Below, piece after piece: positions 1 to 10,104 of a stretch of DNA of 64,000 bases; the first letter of the stretch is position 1; each line of letters begins with the position of its first letter. The position numbers and the translations under genes are program-made. Source of the DNA: an uncultured delta proteobacterium (GTDB lineage Bacteria; Desulfobacterota; Binatia; UBA9968). Location: the NCBI GenBank assembly GCA_963745035.1, contig CAVUVW010000014.1, positions 96,001-160,000 on the forward strand. Reading direction: 5' to 3'. The notes below the pieces were generated by a model, which searched no databases, was not told where the DNA came from, and saw only the letters and a list, made by a program, of their open reading frames with translations.

Positions 1-1
1 G

Positions 2-259
2 TTACTCGGGGGCGCAAGCAACGAAGGCGATGGCAAGCGAAATGGCCGGCTGAGTTCCGCTGCGCGTGCCCGAATCGCTGCGGCTCAGAGATCCAGATGG
101 GCCAAAGCGAGAAAAGCGAAAGCGGGCAAGCCCATCGTGAAATCGGCGCTGAAGAAATCCACAATGAGCGCCGCTGCTCGGGCCAGGGTGTCTGCGGGGA
201 TGAAGAAATTCTGGAAAGCAAAAAAGGCAGGGAAGAAAACCGCGAGTAAGGGAAAGTAA
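2..259 (+). CDS. C-terminal part of a small, very basic protein with two S-A-A-R-A-R-[IV]-x-A-x-x-[RK]-x-x-W repeats (possible nucleic-acid-binding protein); truncated by the window edge
   Basis: Manual translation of frame 2: LLGG...RLSSAARARIAAAQRSRWAKARKAK...TMSAAARARVSAGMKKFWKAKKAGKKTASKGK*; stop TAA 257-259. Confidence 0.6.
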   Translation, partial: LLGGASNEGDGKRNGRLSSAARARIAAAQRSRWAKARKAKAGKPIVKSALKKSTMSAAARARVSAGMKKFWKAKKAGKKTASKGK

Positions 260-379
260 ATGCCCGGCTAGTTACTGCACCGCTTACACTTCGTATCAGC
301 CTCAACTTCGCCCTTCTGTTTAGCGCCGCCACTCTTCCGAATCATCTCTTCCTTTGACCCGAACGACTCCCCGCGCGAA

Positions 380-1383
380 AAGAATCGGACGCCCGCAAGC
401 TGCTCAAGACAAGATTGGGCGAGGTCGCAGCAGGAAGCCGGTCGGTCCAGACATCGAGCGCACGAACTTCGAGGACATGGCGGGGATGATTGTCAACGAT
501 TACAAAGCCAATGGTCGCAGCTCCTTAGGCCGCCTCGAAGATGCTATCGCGCACCTTCGTAAGTACCTCGGTGATCGTCGTGCCATGGAAATCGCCGGCG
601 ATGTCGTGACCGCATACATCACTTTCCGCCAAGAGCAGAAAGCCGCCAGTTCGACGATCAACAACGAACTCGCGGCACTCTCTAGAATGTTCACATTGGG
701 CATCAGAGCCGGGAAAATCGCTTCCAAGCCATACATCGGCAAGCTGGCGCTCAACAACACACGCAAGGGATTTTTCGAATGGGAGCAGTTTCAACCGATT
801 CTGAAAAACTTGCCCGAGGACCTGCAACCCGCCATCGAGACGGCCTACATAACCGGCTGGCGCATCCATGATGAAATATTCACCCGACAGAAACATCACG
901 CTGATGTGAAAGGCTCCGGCTGGCTGAGATTGGACCCGGGAGAGACCAAGAACGGCGAAGGCCGAAATTTTCCTTTCACTGCTCGGTTGCGTGAAATCAT
1001 CGAGACGCAACTCGAACAAACAAGAGCACTGGAGAGGACAACAGGCCGGATATCTCCTGGTTGTTCCATCCAATGGAAAACGAATCAAAACCTTCCGGCG
1101 CTCTTGGCTCACGGCTGGTCTGGGAACAGAAATCAGGTCAGCAAACGGCAAGCTCATCAAGAAGATCGGTGCGAGGGTGCCTCATGACTTTCGCAGAACG
1201 GCTGTCAGAAACCTCGAACGCGCCGGAGTGTCGCGTAGTGACGCAATGAAGATGGTCGGCCACAAAACAGAGGCGATCTACCGACGATATGCGATTTCTG
1301 ATGAACGGTCGATGAGGGAGTCGGCGAGCAAGCTCGACAAATTTCACGCTGCTGATCAAACCACAACAGAACAAGCAAAGTAA
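380..1383 (+). pseudogene. Tyrosine recombinase / phage-type integrase, N-terminally truncated and frameshifted
   Basis: ORFs 354-1187 and 991-1383 join: STINNEL, TGWR (catalytic R), GETKNGEGR, HDFRRTAVRNL (HxxR), GHKT...IYRRY (catalytic Y); begins abruptly at KESDARKLLK with no upstream arm-binding N-terminus; next to a tRNA 3' end. Confidence 0.85.
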
Positions 1384-1448
1384 TGGCAAAGTGAAGCCGA
1401 GTTTTGCGAGCGACCAGAGTTTCAGCGGTTGATTTTACAGAGGAAAAA

Positions 1449-1524
<76 letters not shown>

Positions 1525-1578
1525 GAAAAAAGGTGAATTTGAAATATTGCGTAAAAGCGCTGGGGAGTCAAGATTGGC

Positions 1579-2543
1579 TCAAGCAACGGCGCGCTTTTCG
1601 ACCCGCTGCTCGACAAAATCGACCACTCGGCTTTCCAAGCGCACGCCGTCGAGTCGGTTGATTTCTTGAACCCCGGTCGGGCTGGTGACGTTCACTTCGG
1701 TGAGATAGTTGCCGATCACGTCCAGACCGACGAAGTACAGTCCATCGGCCCTGAGCGACGGCGCCAAGGCCGCGCAGATTTCCCGATCGCGGCTCGTCAC
1801 GTCGGTCTTGACCACCTGACCGCCTACGTGAATATTGCCGCGCGTCTCCGATTCCAAGGGAACTCGCAGCACCGCGCCGAGCGGCTCGCCGTCGAGCACG
1901 ATGATCCGCTTATCGCCCTGGCGGATCTCCGGCAGATAACGCTGCGCCATCACCAGCCGCCGCCCGTTGTCGGTCGCCGCTTCGAGGATGGAGTTGGTGT
2001 TGCGGTCCTCGGCGCGCAAATAAAAAACTCCGCTGCCGCCGCAGCCGTCGAGCGGCTTGACGATCATCTCGCCGCCCAACTCGGCCATGAACGCCTTCAA
2101 GGTCCTCATGTCGCTTGCGACAAGCGTCTGCGGAATCTGCTCGGGGAAACGGAGCGCGTAGAGCTTTTCGTTGGCCTCGCGCAATCCTCTCGGATGATTG
2201 AGCAGAAAACATTGGCTTTCGTCGATCAGGCTGAGCACGTGCGTGGTGAAAAAAAACTTCATGTCGAACGGCGGATCCTTGCGCATCCAGACGCTGTCGA
2301 AGTCGGCGAGCGCGCCGGTCTTGAATTCGGCCAGCCTATAGTGCGGCGCGGCGCGTGCGAGCTCGAGCCGCCGGTAGCGCGCATGCGGCGTCCCGCCGCG
2401 GAGGAACAAATCATCGATCTCCATGAAATAGAGCTCATGGCCGCGCTGCTGCGCTTCCAGCATGAGAACGAAGGTGGTGTCCTTGTCGATATCGATCCTA
2501 TCGACCGGGTCCATAACGACGCCGATTTTCAGTTGTTACGCAT
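1579..2543 (-). CDS. gshB: Glutathione synthetase
   Basis: MDP...KDTT, MRKDPPFD, NEKL, KPLDGCGGSGVF, GDKRI, RGNIHVGG, GLDVIG, EVNVTSPTG; likely ATG at 2543 with an indel before the 2514 ORF start. Confidence 0.95.
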
Positions 2544-2564
2544 GTTTGCTTATCCGTTCGCGCT

Positions 2565-3260
2565 TCACTCCCGAATCACCCAGGTGCGAGCGAGGAAATC
2601 GTGCCAGCCGCGTTTTTCTCGCTGCCACAAAATCCATAGGAAAGCCAATCCCAATGACGCGCCGCCCAACCCGACGGTGCCGACCCAGCGAAGCAGCGCG
2701 CGCCGATAAGTGATCGGCCGCTGATTCACACCGACCACGCGCAGGCCAAGCAGCCATTTGCCAACGGTCCTTCCTTCCATGCCGTGGAACACGACGAAGT
2801 AAATGGTCGCCAAAGCGATCCCGGCCAGACTTAAAAACGACACGAGCGGCGCGACGTTGTTCCACGTGATCGCGCGGTTGTGAGCGGACAAGCCGACTTT
2901 GTAACCGATATAAGACATGGCTCCCATCAATGCGGAGAGCAACAAGATCACGCCTACATCGAGCAAGAATGCGCTGAGGCGCCGAAAAAAACCGCCCCAA
3001 CGCAGCTCGGAAGGCATGTCGCCCAGAATCGGCCATACCGGCGCGCTCGGTGCGGCTTCGAACCGCGGCGGAAAGTCGTGGTCGTCGCTTTCCGCCGGCG
3101 GCTCGCGATCGTCCAACAAACGCGCCGGTTCCTCGGCCCTCAGGACGAACTCCTCGGACTTGGGAACGCCAAGGAATACGCGGCGCAGCAGTTTGGCGCC
3201 GCATTTTTCACAGCGCTCGTCCGAAGCCAGTACCGGCGCGTCGCAGTTTTGGCAGTTCAT
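2565..3260 (-). CDS. RDD family membrane protein with N-terminal zinc ribbon
   Basis: CxxC...CxxC N-terminus; GFFRRLSAFLLD, GRTVGKWLLGLRVV, KRGWHDFLARTWV. Confidence 0.9.
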   Translation of the reverse strand: MNCQNCDAPVLASDERCEKCGAKLLRRVFLGVPKSEEFVLRAEEPARLLDDREPPAESDDHDFPPRFEAAPSAPVWPILGDMPSELRWGGFFRRLSAFLLDVGVILLLSALMGAMSYIGYKVGLSAHNRAITWNNVAPLVSFLSLAGIALATIYFVVFHGMEGRTVGKWLLGLRVVGVNQRPITYRRALLRWVGTVGLGGASLGLAFLWILWQREKRGWHDFLARTWVIRE

Positions 3261-3320
3261 CGATTTTCCCGAGTCCTTTTGGTGCAGTCATGCTAGAGAA
3301 AGCGCGCATTCGAAGCAAGG

Positions 3321-4061
3321 CTATTGCCCATCGCCCCAGAGAAATTGCGCCAAGCTCAACGCCGCGACGGCCGCGGTCTCGACGCGAAGAATACGCGGCC
3401 CGAGATGAACCGGCTCGAAACCATGCGCCTGCGCGAGCGCCGCCTCCGGAGCGCTGAAGCCGCCTTCGGGACCGACGACAAGAAGCAGGGATTTCACCGC
3501 GCCGTGCTTTTCATGCGCTTGCCCCAAGGATTGACCGCGTTCTTTCTCCCAGAAAAACAGCTTGAGCGCATCGCGCCAATCGGCGCCGGCCAGCGTCTGA
3601 AAGTCGCGCAGCGGCAAAATTTCCGGCGCCCGCGTCCTGCCGCACTGCTTAACCGCACCGAGCGCGATCTTCTCCCAGCGCGCCGCGCGCGCGGCGATTT
3701 TTTTCTCGTCCAGCTTCGGCACCGAAAACGCGGAAGCAAACGGGACGATGGCGTGCGCGCCGAGCTCGGTGGCTTTTTCGACGATGAAGTCCATCTTCTC
3801 ACCCTTGGTGAGTCCGACGGCGAGAATCGCGCGCAACCCCGAATCTCTAGCCGGCTCGTAGGAGCGCAGGATCTCGATCTCGCCTCGCTCAGCGGACAGC
3901 GCGCGAATGACCGCCTCATGCTCCCATCCGGCGTCGTCAAAGACCGTGATGCGATCGCCGGGAGCCAGGCGGAGCACCTTTCTCAAATGGAAGAGCTCCG
4001 GGCCGTCGACGATGCCGCGTCGAGCGCCGAGATTTTTTTTCGGCACGAAGAAACGAGCCAT
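3321..4061 (-). CDS. rsmE: 16S rRNA (uracil1498-N3)-methyltransferase
   Basis: HLRKVLRL, KATELG, KQCGR, VGPEGGFS, LGPRILRVETA. Confidence 0.95.
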   Translation of the reverse strand: MARFFVPKKNLGARRGIVDGPELFHLRKVLRLAPGDRITVFDDAGWEHEAVIRALSAERGEIEILRSYEPARDSGLRAILAVGLTKGEKMDFIVEKATELGAHAIVPFASAFSVPKLDEKKIAARAARWEKIALGAVKQCGRTRAPEILPLRDFQTLAGADWRDALKLFFWEKERGQSLGQAHEKHGAVKSLLLVVGPEGGFSAPEAALAQAHGFEPVHLGPRILRVETAAVAALSLAQFLWGDGQ

Positions 4062-4067
4062 GGCCGG

Positions 4068-4932
4068 TCACTTTCGCCGCAAGAGCAGGGTAACCCACTC
4101 CCGCGAGCGCTTGCGTTTGACCTCTCGAAAGCGCGCGGCAAAGCGGCGCGCGACGGCGGCGGCTTTTTGTTGCAGGATGCCGGAGAGAACGAGGAAGCCT
4201 CTTGGCGCGACTTTTTTTTCCAGCTCGCCGGCAAGCTCCAGGATCGTTTCCGCGGTGAGATTGGCCACGACCAGGTCAAACTTTGCCCTGATCGCGCTCA
4301 GCTTGACGCACGCTTAAGCGAATCCGGCGCGCGACGCCGTTGGCGCGCAGATTAGCGCGCGCGACTCGCAACGCGACCGGATCGTTGTCGATGGCCCGAA
4401 TATCGCCCGCGCCCAGGAATGCCAGGGCGATCGCCAGGATGCCGGAGCCGGTGCCGACATCGAGCGCCGAGAATCTGCCGTCGAGACGCTCCGCTGCCGC
4501 TTCGAGGAATTCGATGCAGCCGCGCGTGGTCGCGTGGGCGCCGGTGCCGAAGGCCATGCCCGGCTCGATGGTCATCACCCGGCGGCGGCGAAACTTCGGC
4601 GCCGCGATCCACGGCGGCGTCACCCAAAAATGCTTTCCCACCCGGCGCGGTTTGATGAAACGCTTCCAGGCGTGTTCCCAGTTTTCTTGCCGAATGATTT
4701 TCCAGCGTAGCCGCGGTTTACCCGGCCTCGGCGACAGGCGGGTGATGGCATCGACGAAACGATGGATGTCCCGGCGCAACGCCGCGCCGGCAAGCGGAGC
4801 CGAGAAAAACGCTTCCAAGCCGTTTTTCTTCAGCACGACGCCCGGCGCGCCGCGCTCCATCAGAAAATTGGCGAGGGCATCGATGTTTGCGGGGCTGGTG
4901 CGGATCGAAAGCTGCGACCAGGATTGCGCCAC
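4068..4932 (-). CDS. prmA: Ribosomal protein L11 methyltransferase (frameshifted near 4270-4320)
   Basis: IEPGMAFGTGAHATT, LDVGTGSGILAI, DNDPVA; C-terminal VANL...LVLSGIL lies in ORF 4068-4268; upstream of rsmE, a common arrangement. Confidence 0.9.
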
Positions 4933-5066
4933 GAGGTTTTATGCCACAGGCCCAAGAGCGGATCAATTGAAGGATTCCGCCGAAAACCATCCCGATTGGC
5001 GGCTCGCGCTTGTCAAAATCGCCGCTTCCGGCTATTGAAAATATTAGAGCTGAAAAGGAGCATCCA

Positions 5067-5936
5067 ATGAAATTTGCAACGATCAAGCCCAATGAGATTG
5101 CGATCGTCAAAAACGACACTTTGATCGCGATCGGCGATGTCCTGCCGGCGGGCGCGACGATGATCGACCTCATCACTGCTTACGACGGCATCAAGAGCCG
5201 GCTCGACGGGATCGCAAACGGCGCCGGCAGAAAGCTCGACCCGAAACTGCTCAAAGCCCCGATCGAGAAGCCGTCCAAGATTTGGGCAGCGGCGGGCAAC
5301 TACAAGCGCGGCACCCAGGGTTTGGGCGACGCCCGCGGCCGCGGCACCGCCAGCAAAACTTCTCCGGAGGAGCTGCTCGAAAATATTTTTCTCAAGCCGC
5401 CTTCGGCCATCGCCGGACCGGAGGAGAATATTCTGATCCCGCAGAACGCCGATTCGATTTTTCCGGAGCTCGAGCTTTGCGTGGTGATCGGCAAGCAAGC
5501 GCGCAACGTCAGCAAGGAGCGCGCTTTCGAGGTGATTTTCGGCTACACGATCATGCTCGACGTCACCGCCCGCGGCTACGGTCTCAGCAAAAATCTCTCC
5601 GGCACGCGCAACGTGCGCAAGGGCTTTGAAACCTTCGCGCCGATCGGCCCGTGGATCACGACGCGCGATGAGATCGCCGACCCGCACAATTTGTGGATGA
5701 AGCTTTGGATCAACGGCGAGCTCAAACAATCGGCCAGGACCGACGCCATGATCAACGACATCGCCACCCAAGTAAGCTTCCTCTCGCAGGTGACAACGCT
5801 GCTGCCGGGCGATTTGATCACCACGGGAAATCCCGATTCGCCCGAGTTTCAGGAGAAGCTCAAGCCCGGGGATGTTCTCAAGTCCGAGATCGAAGGCATC
5901 GGCGCGATGAGCAACGGCGTCGCCAAAGCGCAGTAG
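5067..5936 (+). CDS. Fumarylacetoacetate hydrolase family protein
   Basis: PSKIWAAAGNY, FLKPPSA, ELELCVVIGK, DVTAR, KGFETFAPIGP, LLPGDLITTG; RBS AAGGAG before ATG 5067. Confidence 0.9.
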   Translation: MKFATIKPNEIAIVKNDTLIAIGDVLPAGATMIDLITAYDGIKSRLDGIANGAGRKLDPKLLKAPIEKPSKIWAAAGNYKRGTQGLGDARGRGTASKTSPEELLENIFLKPPSAIAGPEENILIPQNADSIFPELELCVVIGKQARNVSKERAFEVIFGYTIMLDVTARGYGLSKNLSGTRNVRKGFETFAPIGPWITTRDEIADPHNLWMKLWINGELKQSARTDAMINDIATQVSFLSQVTTLLPGDLITTGNPDSPEFQEKLKPGDVLKSEIEGIGAMSNGVAKAQ

Positions 5937-5987
5937 AAAATTTCGCCGCCCGGCCAAGCCGGCGGCGTGCATTCAGCAATTACGTCC

Positions 5988-7322
5988 ATGCTACGCATCG
6001 CGCCGTTTCGCGGCGTCCTTTACAATCAAAAGAAGATCCGCGATCTCGCCAAGGTGATCGCGCCGCCCTACGACGTCATTTCGACCGCCGAGCAGGAGCG
6101 GCTCTACAAAAAATCGCCGTATAACTTCGTCCGGCTCGACCTGAGCCAGGAGGCGGGCTCTTACGATGCCGTCGCTCAAACGTTCAACGAGTGGCAGGCG
6201 CAGGAAGTGTTGGAACGCGACGAGCAGCCGGCGATCTATTTCATGTCCCAGCGATTCAAGCTCAAAACCGGCGAGGAAAAAATCCGCCGCGGATTTATCG
6301 CCCTGGTGCAACTGCAAGATTTAAACGGCGGCGATATTCGGCCCCATGAAAAGACCCACGGCGCGCCCAAAGAAGATCGTTTGAAGCTGATGCTCGCCTG
6401 TCAGGCCCAGCTCAGTCCGATTTTCGCGCTTTATTCTCAGCCGAAGCAGACCATCAACCGCATACTGGAGCTCGCCGTCGAAGGCGCCGCGCCGTCGATC
6501 GATATCGAGCTGGATACCGGCGAGGTTTGCCGGCTCTGGCGCATCACCGATCCGGTCGTGATCGAAAAAATCGCGCGCGAGATGCAGGAGCAAAAGCTAT
6601 TGATCGCCGACGGCCACCACCGCTACGAAGCGACTCTCGGCTACCGCGATCACATGCGCGGCGAGCGCGGCCAGTGGAGCGGCGACGAATCCTTCAACTA
6701 CATCATGGCCTACTGCGCCAATATCGACGACGACAACCTCGCAATCCTGCCCACCCACCGGCTCGTGCGCGGCTATCCGCACAAGCCGTTCTTGGAGCTC
6801 GAAGAGGCGCTGCAGGCCTATTTCTATGTCGAGCAGCATCCCAAGACGCCCGAAGGAAAGGCGTCCTTTTTGAAAGCGCTCAAAGCCGCCGCGAAAAAAC
6901 ATCGCGTGATCGGCGCGAGCTTCAAACGCGATCCGCGCTACTTGATCTTGCGGCTAAAAAACAAACGCATCATGCAGCGCCTGGCAAAAGAGATGAGCGC
7001 GCCGCTGCGCGAGCTCGACGTGAGCACCCTTCACTTGCTGATCCTCGAGCACATTCTCGGCATGCCGGCCGAGCAGCAGGAGAGCGGTGATACGATCCGT
7101 TACTCGCAAGACGAGGAGACCGTGCTGCAGGCGCTGGAGAAGGAAGATTTTCAGGCGGCGTTTATTTTGAACGCGACCAAGGCCGAAGAGATCCAGTCGA
7201 TCGTCGCCGGCGGCGACAAGATGCCGCAGAAGTCAACGTACTTTTATCCGAAATTGCCTTCCGGGCTGGTCGTCAATAAGATCGATCCGGAGGAACAGAT
7301 CGGCGACGCAGGGCGTTCGTAG
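5988..7322 (+). CDS. DUF1015 family protein
   Basis: PFRG, APPYDVIS, IRPHEKT, IADGHHRYE, ILPTHRLV, MPQKSTYFYPK. Confidence 0.9.
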   Translation: MLRIAPFRGVLYNQKKIRDLAKVIAPPYDVISTAEQERLYKKSPYNFVRLDLSQEAGSYDAVAQTFNEWQAQEVLERDEQPAIYFMSQRFKLKTGEEKIRRGFIALVQLQDLNGGDIRPHEKTHGAPKEDRLKLMLACQAQLSPIFALYSQPKQTINRILELAVEGAAPSIDIELDTGEVCRLWRITDPVVIEKIAREMQEQKLLIADGHHRYEATLGYRDHMRGERGQWSGDESFNYIMAYCANIDDDNLAILPTHRLVRGYPHKPFLELEEALQAYFYVEQHPKTPEGKASFLKALKAAAKKHRVIGASFKRDPRYLILRLKNKRIMQRLAKEMSAPLRELDVSTLHLLILEHILGMPAEQQESGDTIRYSQDEETVLQALEKEDFQAAFILNATKAEEIQSIVAGGDKMPQKSTYFYPKLPSGLVVNKIDPEEQIGDAGRS

Positions 7323-7344
7323 ATCAGGCTGCGAATGATCCAAT

Positions 7345-7515
7345 TTTAAGCACAAAATTCGAATATCGAAATCCGAAATTCGAAACAAATTCAAAAGATG
7401 AAAAAACTCAAAATTCCTTACAAAACTCAATTCGGATTGAGATTTGGAATTTTCCACATATTTGGTTTTATTTTTGCCTGCCCGTTTGTTTCGAATTTAG
7501 ATATTCGGATTTGAT
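7345..7515. repeat. AT-rich imperfect inverted repeat built from ~7-bp units (AAATCCG/AAATTCG versus CGAATTT/CGGATTT) between convergent genes
   Basis: aaaattcgaatatcgaaatccgaaattcgaaacaaa ... tttgtttcgaatttagatattcggattt. Confidence 0.75.
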
Positions 7516-7526
7516 TCTACTTCGCT

Positions 7527-8910
7527 TTAACTTAGCGGCTTGATCAGCTCCCCGTCGCCGGGCTTGCCGACGATCTTGCCGTCGAGCATGACGGTCTTGC
7601 CGCGCACGATCGTGCGCACCGGCGCACCTTTGACCTTCCGCCCGTTGTAGGGCGTCCAACCGACTTTGGTGTACGTCGTGTCGTTGGAGATAATTTCTTC
7701 CTTGTTCATGTCGACGATCACCATGTCGGCGTCGGAGCCGGGCTGGATCACGCCCTTGCGCGGATAGACGTTGAAAATCTTCGCGGCGTTGTAGGAAGAA
7801 ATTCTCACCAACCTGTCGAGGGTCAATTTGCCTTCGTTGACCGCGGTGAGAAACAGGCGGAGATAATCCTGGATCTGCGGCTCGCCGCCGGGACAGCTCC
7901 ACATGTCGGTCCAGCCCTTGTCTTTTTCTTCTTTCGTATGCGGCGCGTGGTCGGTGCCGATGATATCCACCGTGCCGTCGTTGATTCCCTTCCAGAGCGC
8001 GTCCACGTGCGCCGGCGGCACCCAGAAACCCAGGCAGTACGGTCCCAGCTTCTCGACGTTCTCCCAAGTCCCCAGAAACATCGCCCACGGATTGACCTCG
8101 CAAGTGCACGGCCGGCCCTCGTCTTTGGCGCGCCGCAGCATCGCCAAGCCTTCCGGCGTGGTCATGTGCAAAATATGGAGCTGGGCGCCGAGAGCCTTTT
8201 GCATGCGAAACAGCGTCGACATCGCGGTGTCCCAGATGATGCCGTCGTAATCGCGATAGGCTTTGGCGTAGGCTTGGGGACTGCGGTCCTCCTTTTTCCA
8301 GTAGCGCCCTTCGATCTCGTCCATCAGATCCTGGTCGTGCGGATGCACCATCAGCGGTAAACCCGTCTGCCCGACAGCTTCGAAGCACTTGAAGAGCTCG
8401 CCGTTGTTGTTGATGCCGATGCCGGGCATGTGGGGATAATCGCGCCCGGTGTCTTTCACCATAAATATTTTGAACGCGAGCGGCCCCTCTTTGGCGAGAC
8501 CGGGAATCTCTTCCGGCACGGTGCCTGAAGGATTGTGATTGAAATCGACGATCGCGTTTTTGCTGTGATGCTCCACCAGCGCGCGGTAACGCTCCACGGT
8601 CGTCGTCGGTGGATTGACGTTGGGCATGCCGATGGAAAGCGTCACGCCGCCCGCCGCCGCCGCCATCGTGGCCGTGGTGATGTCTTCTTTGTGGGTGAAG
8701 CCGGGATCGCGATGATGCGTGTGCGTGTCGATCAAGCCGGGAATGATTTTTTTCCCCTTGGCCTCGATCACTTCATCCGCGCGTATCAGGCAACACCGGC
8801 GACTTGCCGAGAGCGAGAATTTTACCGTCGCCGACCGCGATATCGGCTTCGACAAATCCTCCCGGGGTCCAAACTTCGCCCCCTTTGACGAGCAAGTCCA
8901 CTTTGTTCAT
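7527..8910 (-). CDS. Cyclic amidohydrolase (dihydroorotase/allantoinase family), frameshift near 8780
   Basis: MNKVDLLVKGG from ATG 8910; PGLIDTHTHHRDPG, AAAGGVT, MPN, AFKIFM, GTDHAPH, KGVIQPGSDAD. Confidence 0.88.
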
Positions 8911-9081
8911 GGATGACGATTCTCCCTTCGATTCTGCTGGCGACATCTTTTATATGATCCACTTCCGGCACTGTCAAATCTGCGGCAAACGTTCAAGCCG
9001 AATGCTTGACTCAATTGGGCAAATTTGAAACTATTTGCTCCGCTCAAAGTCACGCGAAGAGTGAAAAATCGGAGGATCTAG

Positions 9082-10089
9082 ATGTTCAAGCAATTCGTTT
9101 TCTTCTTGGTCGTCCTCGCCGGAGCGACAGTCAGCGTTGCGCCGGTTTTCAGCCAGGGCGCGAGTCTTATTGAAGCGGGCAAGAAGGAAGGCAAGGCCGT
9201 AGTTTACGGCTCGCTGGAATCCGACTCCGCGGCAACTATTTTCGCCGAGTTCAAGAAAAAAACCGGCATCGAGGCGGAATACTGGCGCGCCTCGGCAACC
9301 AAGGTCATGGACCGCGCATTGAGCGAGTACCGCGCCGGCCGGCCGCTCTTCGATATCATTTTGACCAACGATAACCCGATGCAAATCATGTTCAAGGAAG
9401 GGATCTTCGCCAAGTACGATTCTCCCGCCGCCAAAGATTTTACCAAGGAGTCGATCGACCCGAACTTGGGCCCGCGCTATCGCAACGTCGTCATTGGCGT
9501 CGTCTATAATAAGAGCTCGATTGGCGCCGATGCGCCCAAGTCCCTCGAGGATCTGGTAAAACCGCAGTATCGCGGCAAGATCGTCATGCCGGATCCGACG
9601 CAGCACACGACTACGACCCAATGGGTTTCCAGTCTCGAGAAACTCATGGGTAAGGAGAAGGCTGACAAGTATATTCGCGATCTCGCCGCGCAAAAGCCGA
9701 TCCTGGTCGAGTCTCTTTTGCCCGCGGCCGAGCGTGTAGCGACCGGTGAGACGCCGATCGCGATCACCTACGTCAAATACGTGTACATCTTCGGCCAGCG
9801 CGGCGCCCCGTTGGATTATTTGAGACTGGGAAAATTCATGGGCGACGGCCACTATTTGACCCTAAGCAACAAGGCGCCTCATCCAAACGCGGGCAAGGCG
9901 CTCATCGATTATTTCCTCGGTCCAGAGAGCATGACTGCAATGGCAAAACTCGGGGAATTCGTGAACCGCAAAGGCGTCTATCCTCCGCTCGCGGACGCCG
10001 ACAAAGTTCAGTTCGTCGAGATGTACGACCTCGACTCGAAGAAATTCGCCGAGAAGAAAAAAGAATACCAACAAATTTTTCTGCGCTAG
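9082..10089 (+). CDS. ABC transporter extracellular solute-binding protein (iron/thiamine/polyamine-type)
   Basis: Signal peptide, KKEGKAVVY, APKSLEDL, APHPNAGKALIDYFL; precedes a double-domain permease. Confidence 0.85.
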   Translation: MFKQFVFFLVVLAGATVSVAPVFSQGASLIEAGKKEGKAVVYGSLESDSAATIFAEFKKKTGIEAEYWRASATKVMDRALSEYRAGRPLFDIILTNDNPMQIMFKEGIFAKYDSPAAKDFTKESIDPNLGPRYRNVVIGVVYNKSSIGADAPKSLEDLVKPQYRGKIVMPDPTQHTTTTQWVSSLEKLMGKEKADKYIRDLAAQKPILVESLLPAAERVATGETPIAITYVKYVYIFGQRGAPLDYLRLGKFMGDGHYLTLSNKAPHPNAGKALIDYFLGPESMTAMAKLGEFVNRKGVYPPLADADKVQFVEMYDLDSKKFAEKKKEYQQIFLR

Positions 10090-10104
10090 CGACACAGGAG
10101 TTTC

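Noticed and set aside
1666-5972. Long opposite-strand ORFs (1666-2709, 3324-4355, 5013-5972 and similar elsewhere)
   Set aside because: They are GC-rich shadow frames overlapping well-identified genes and have no recognisable motifs.
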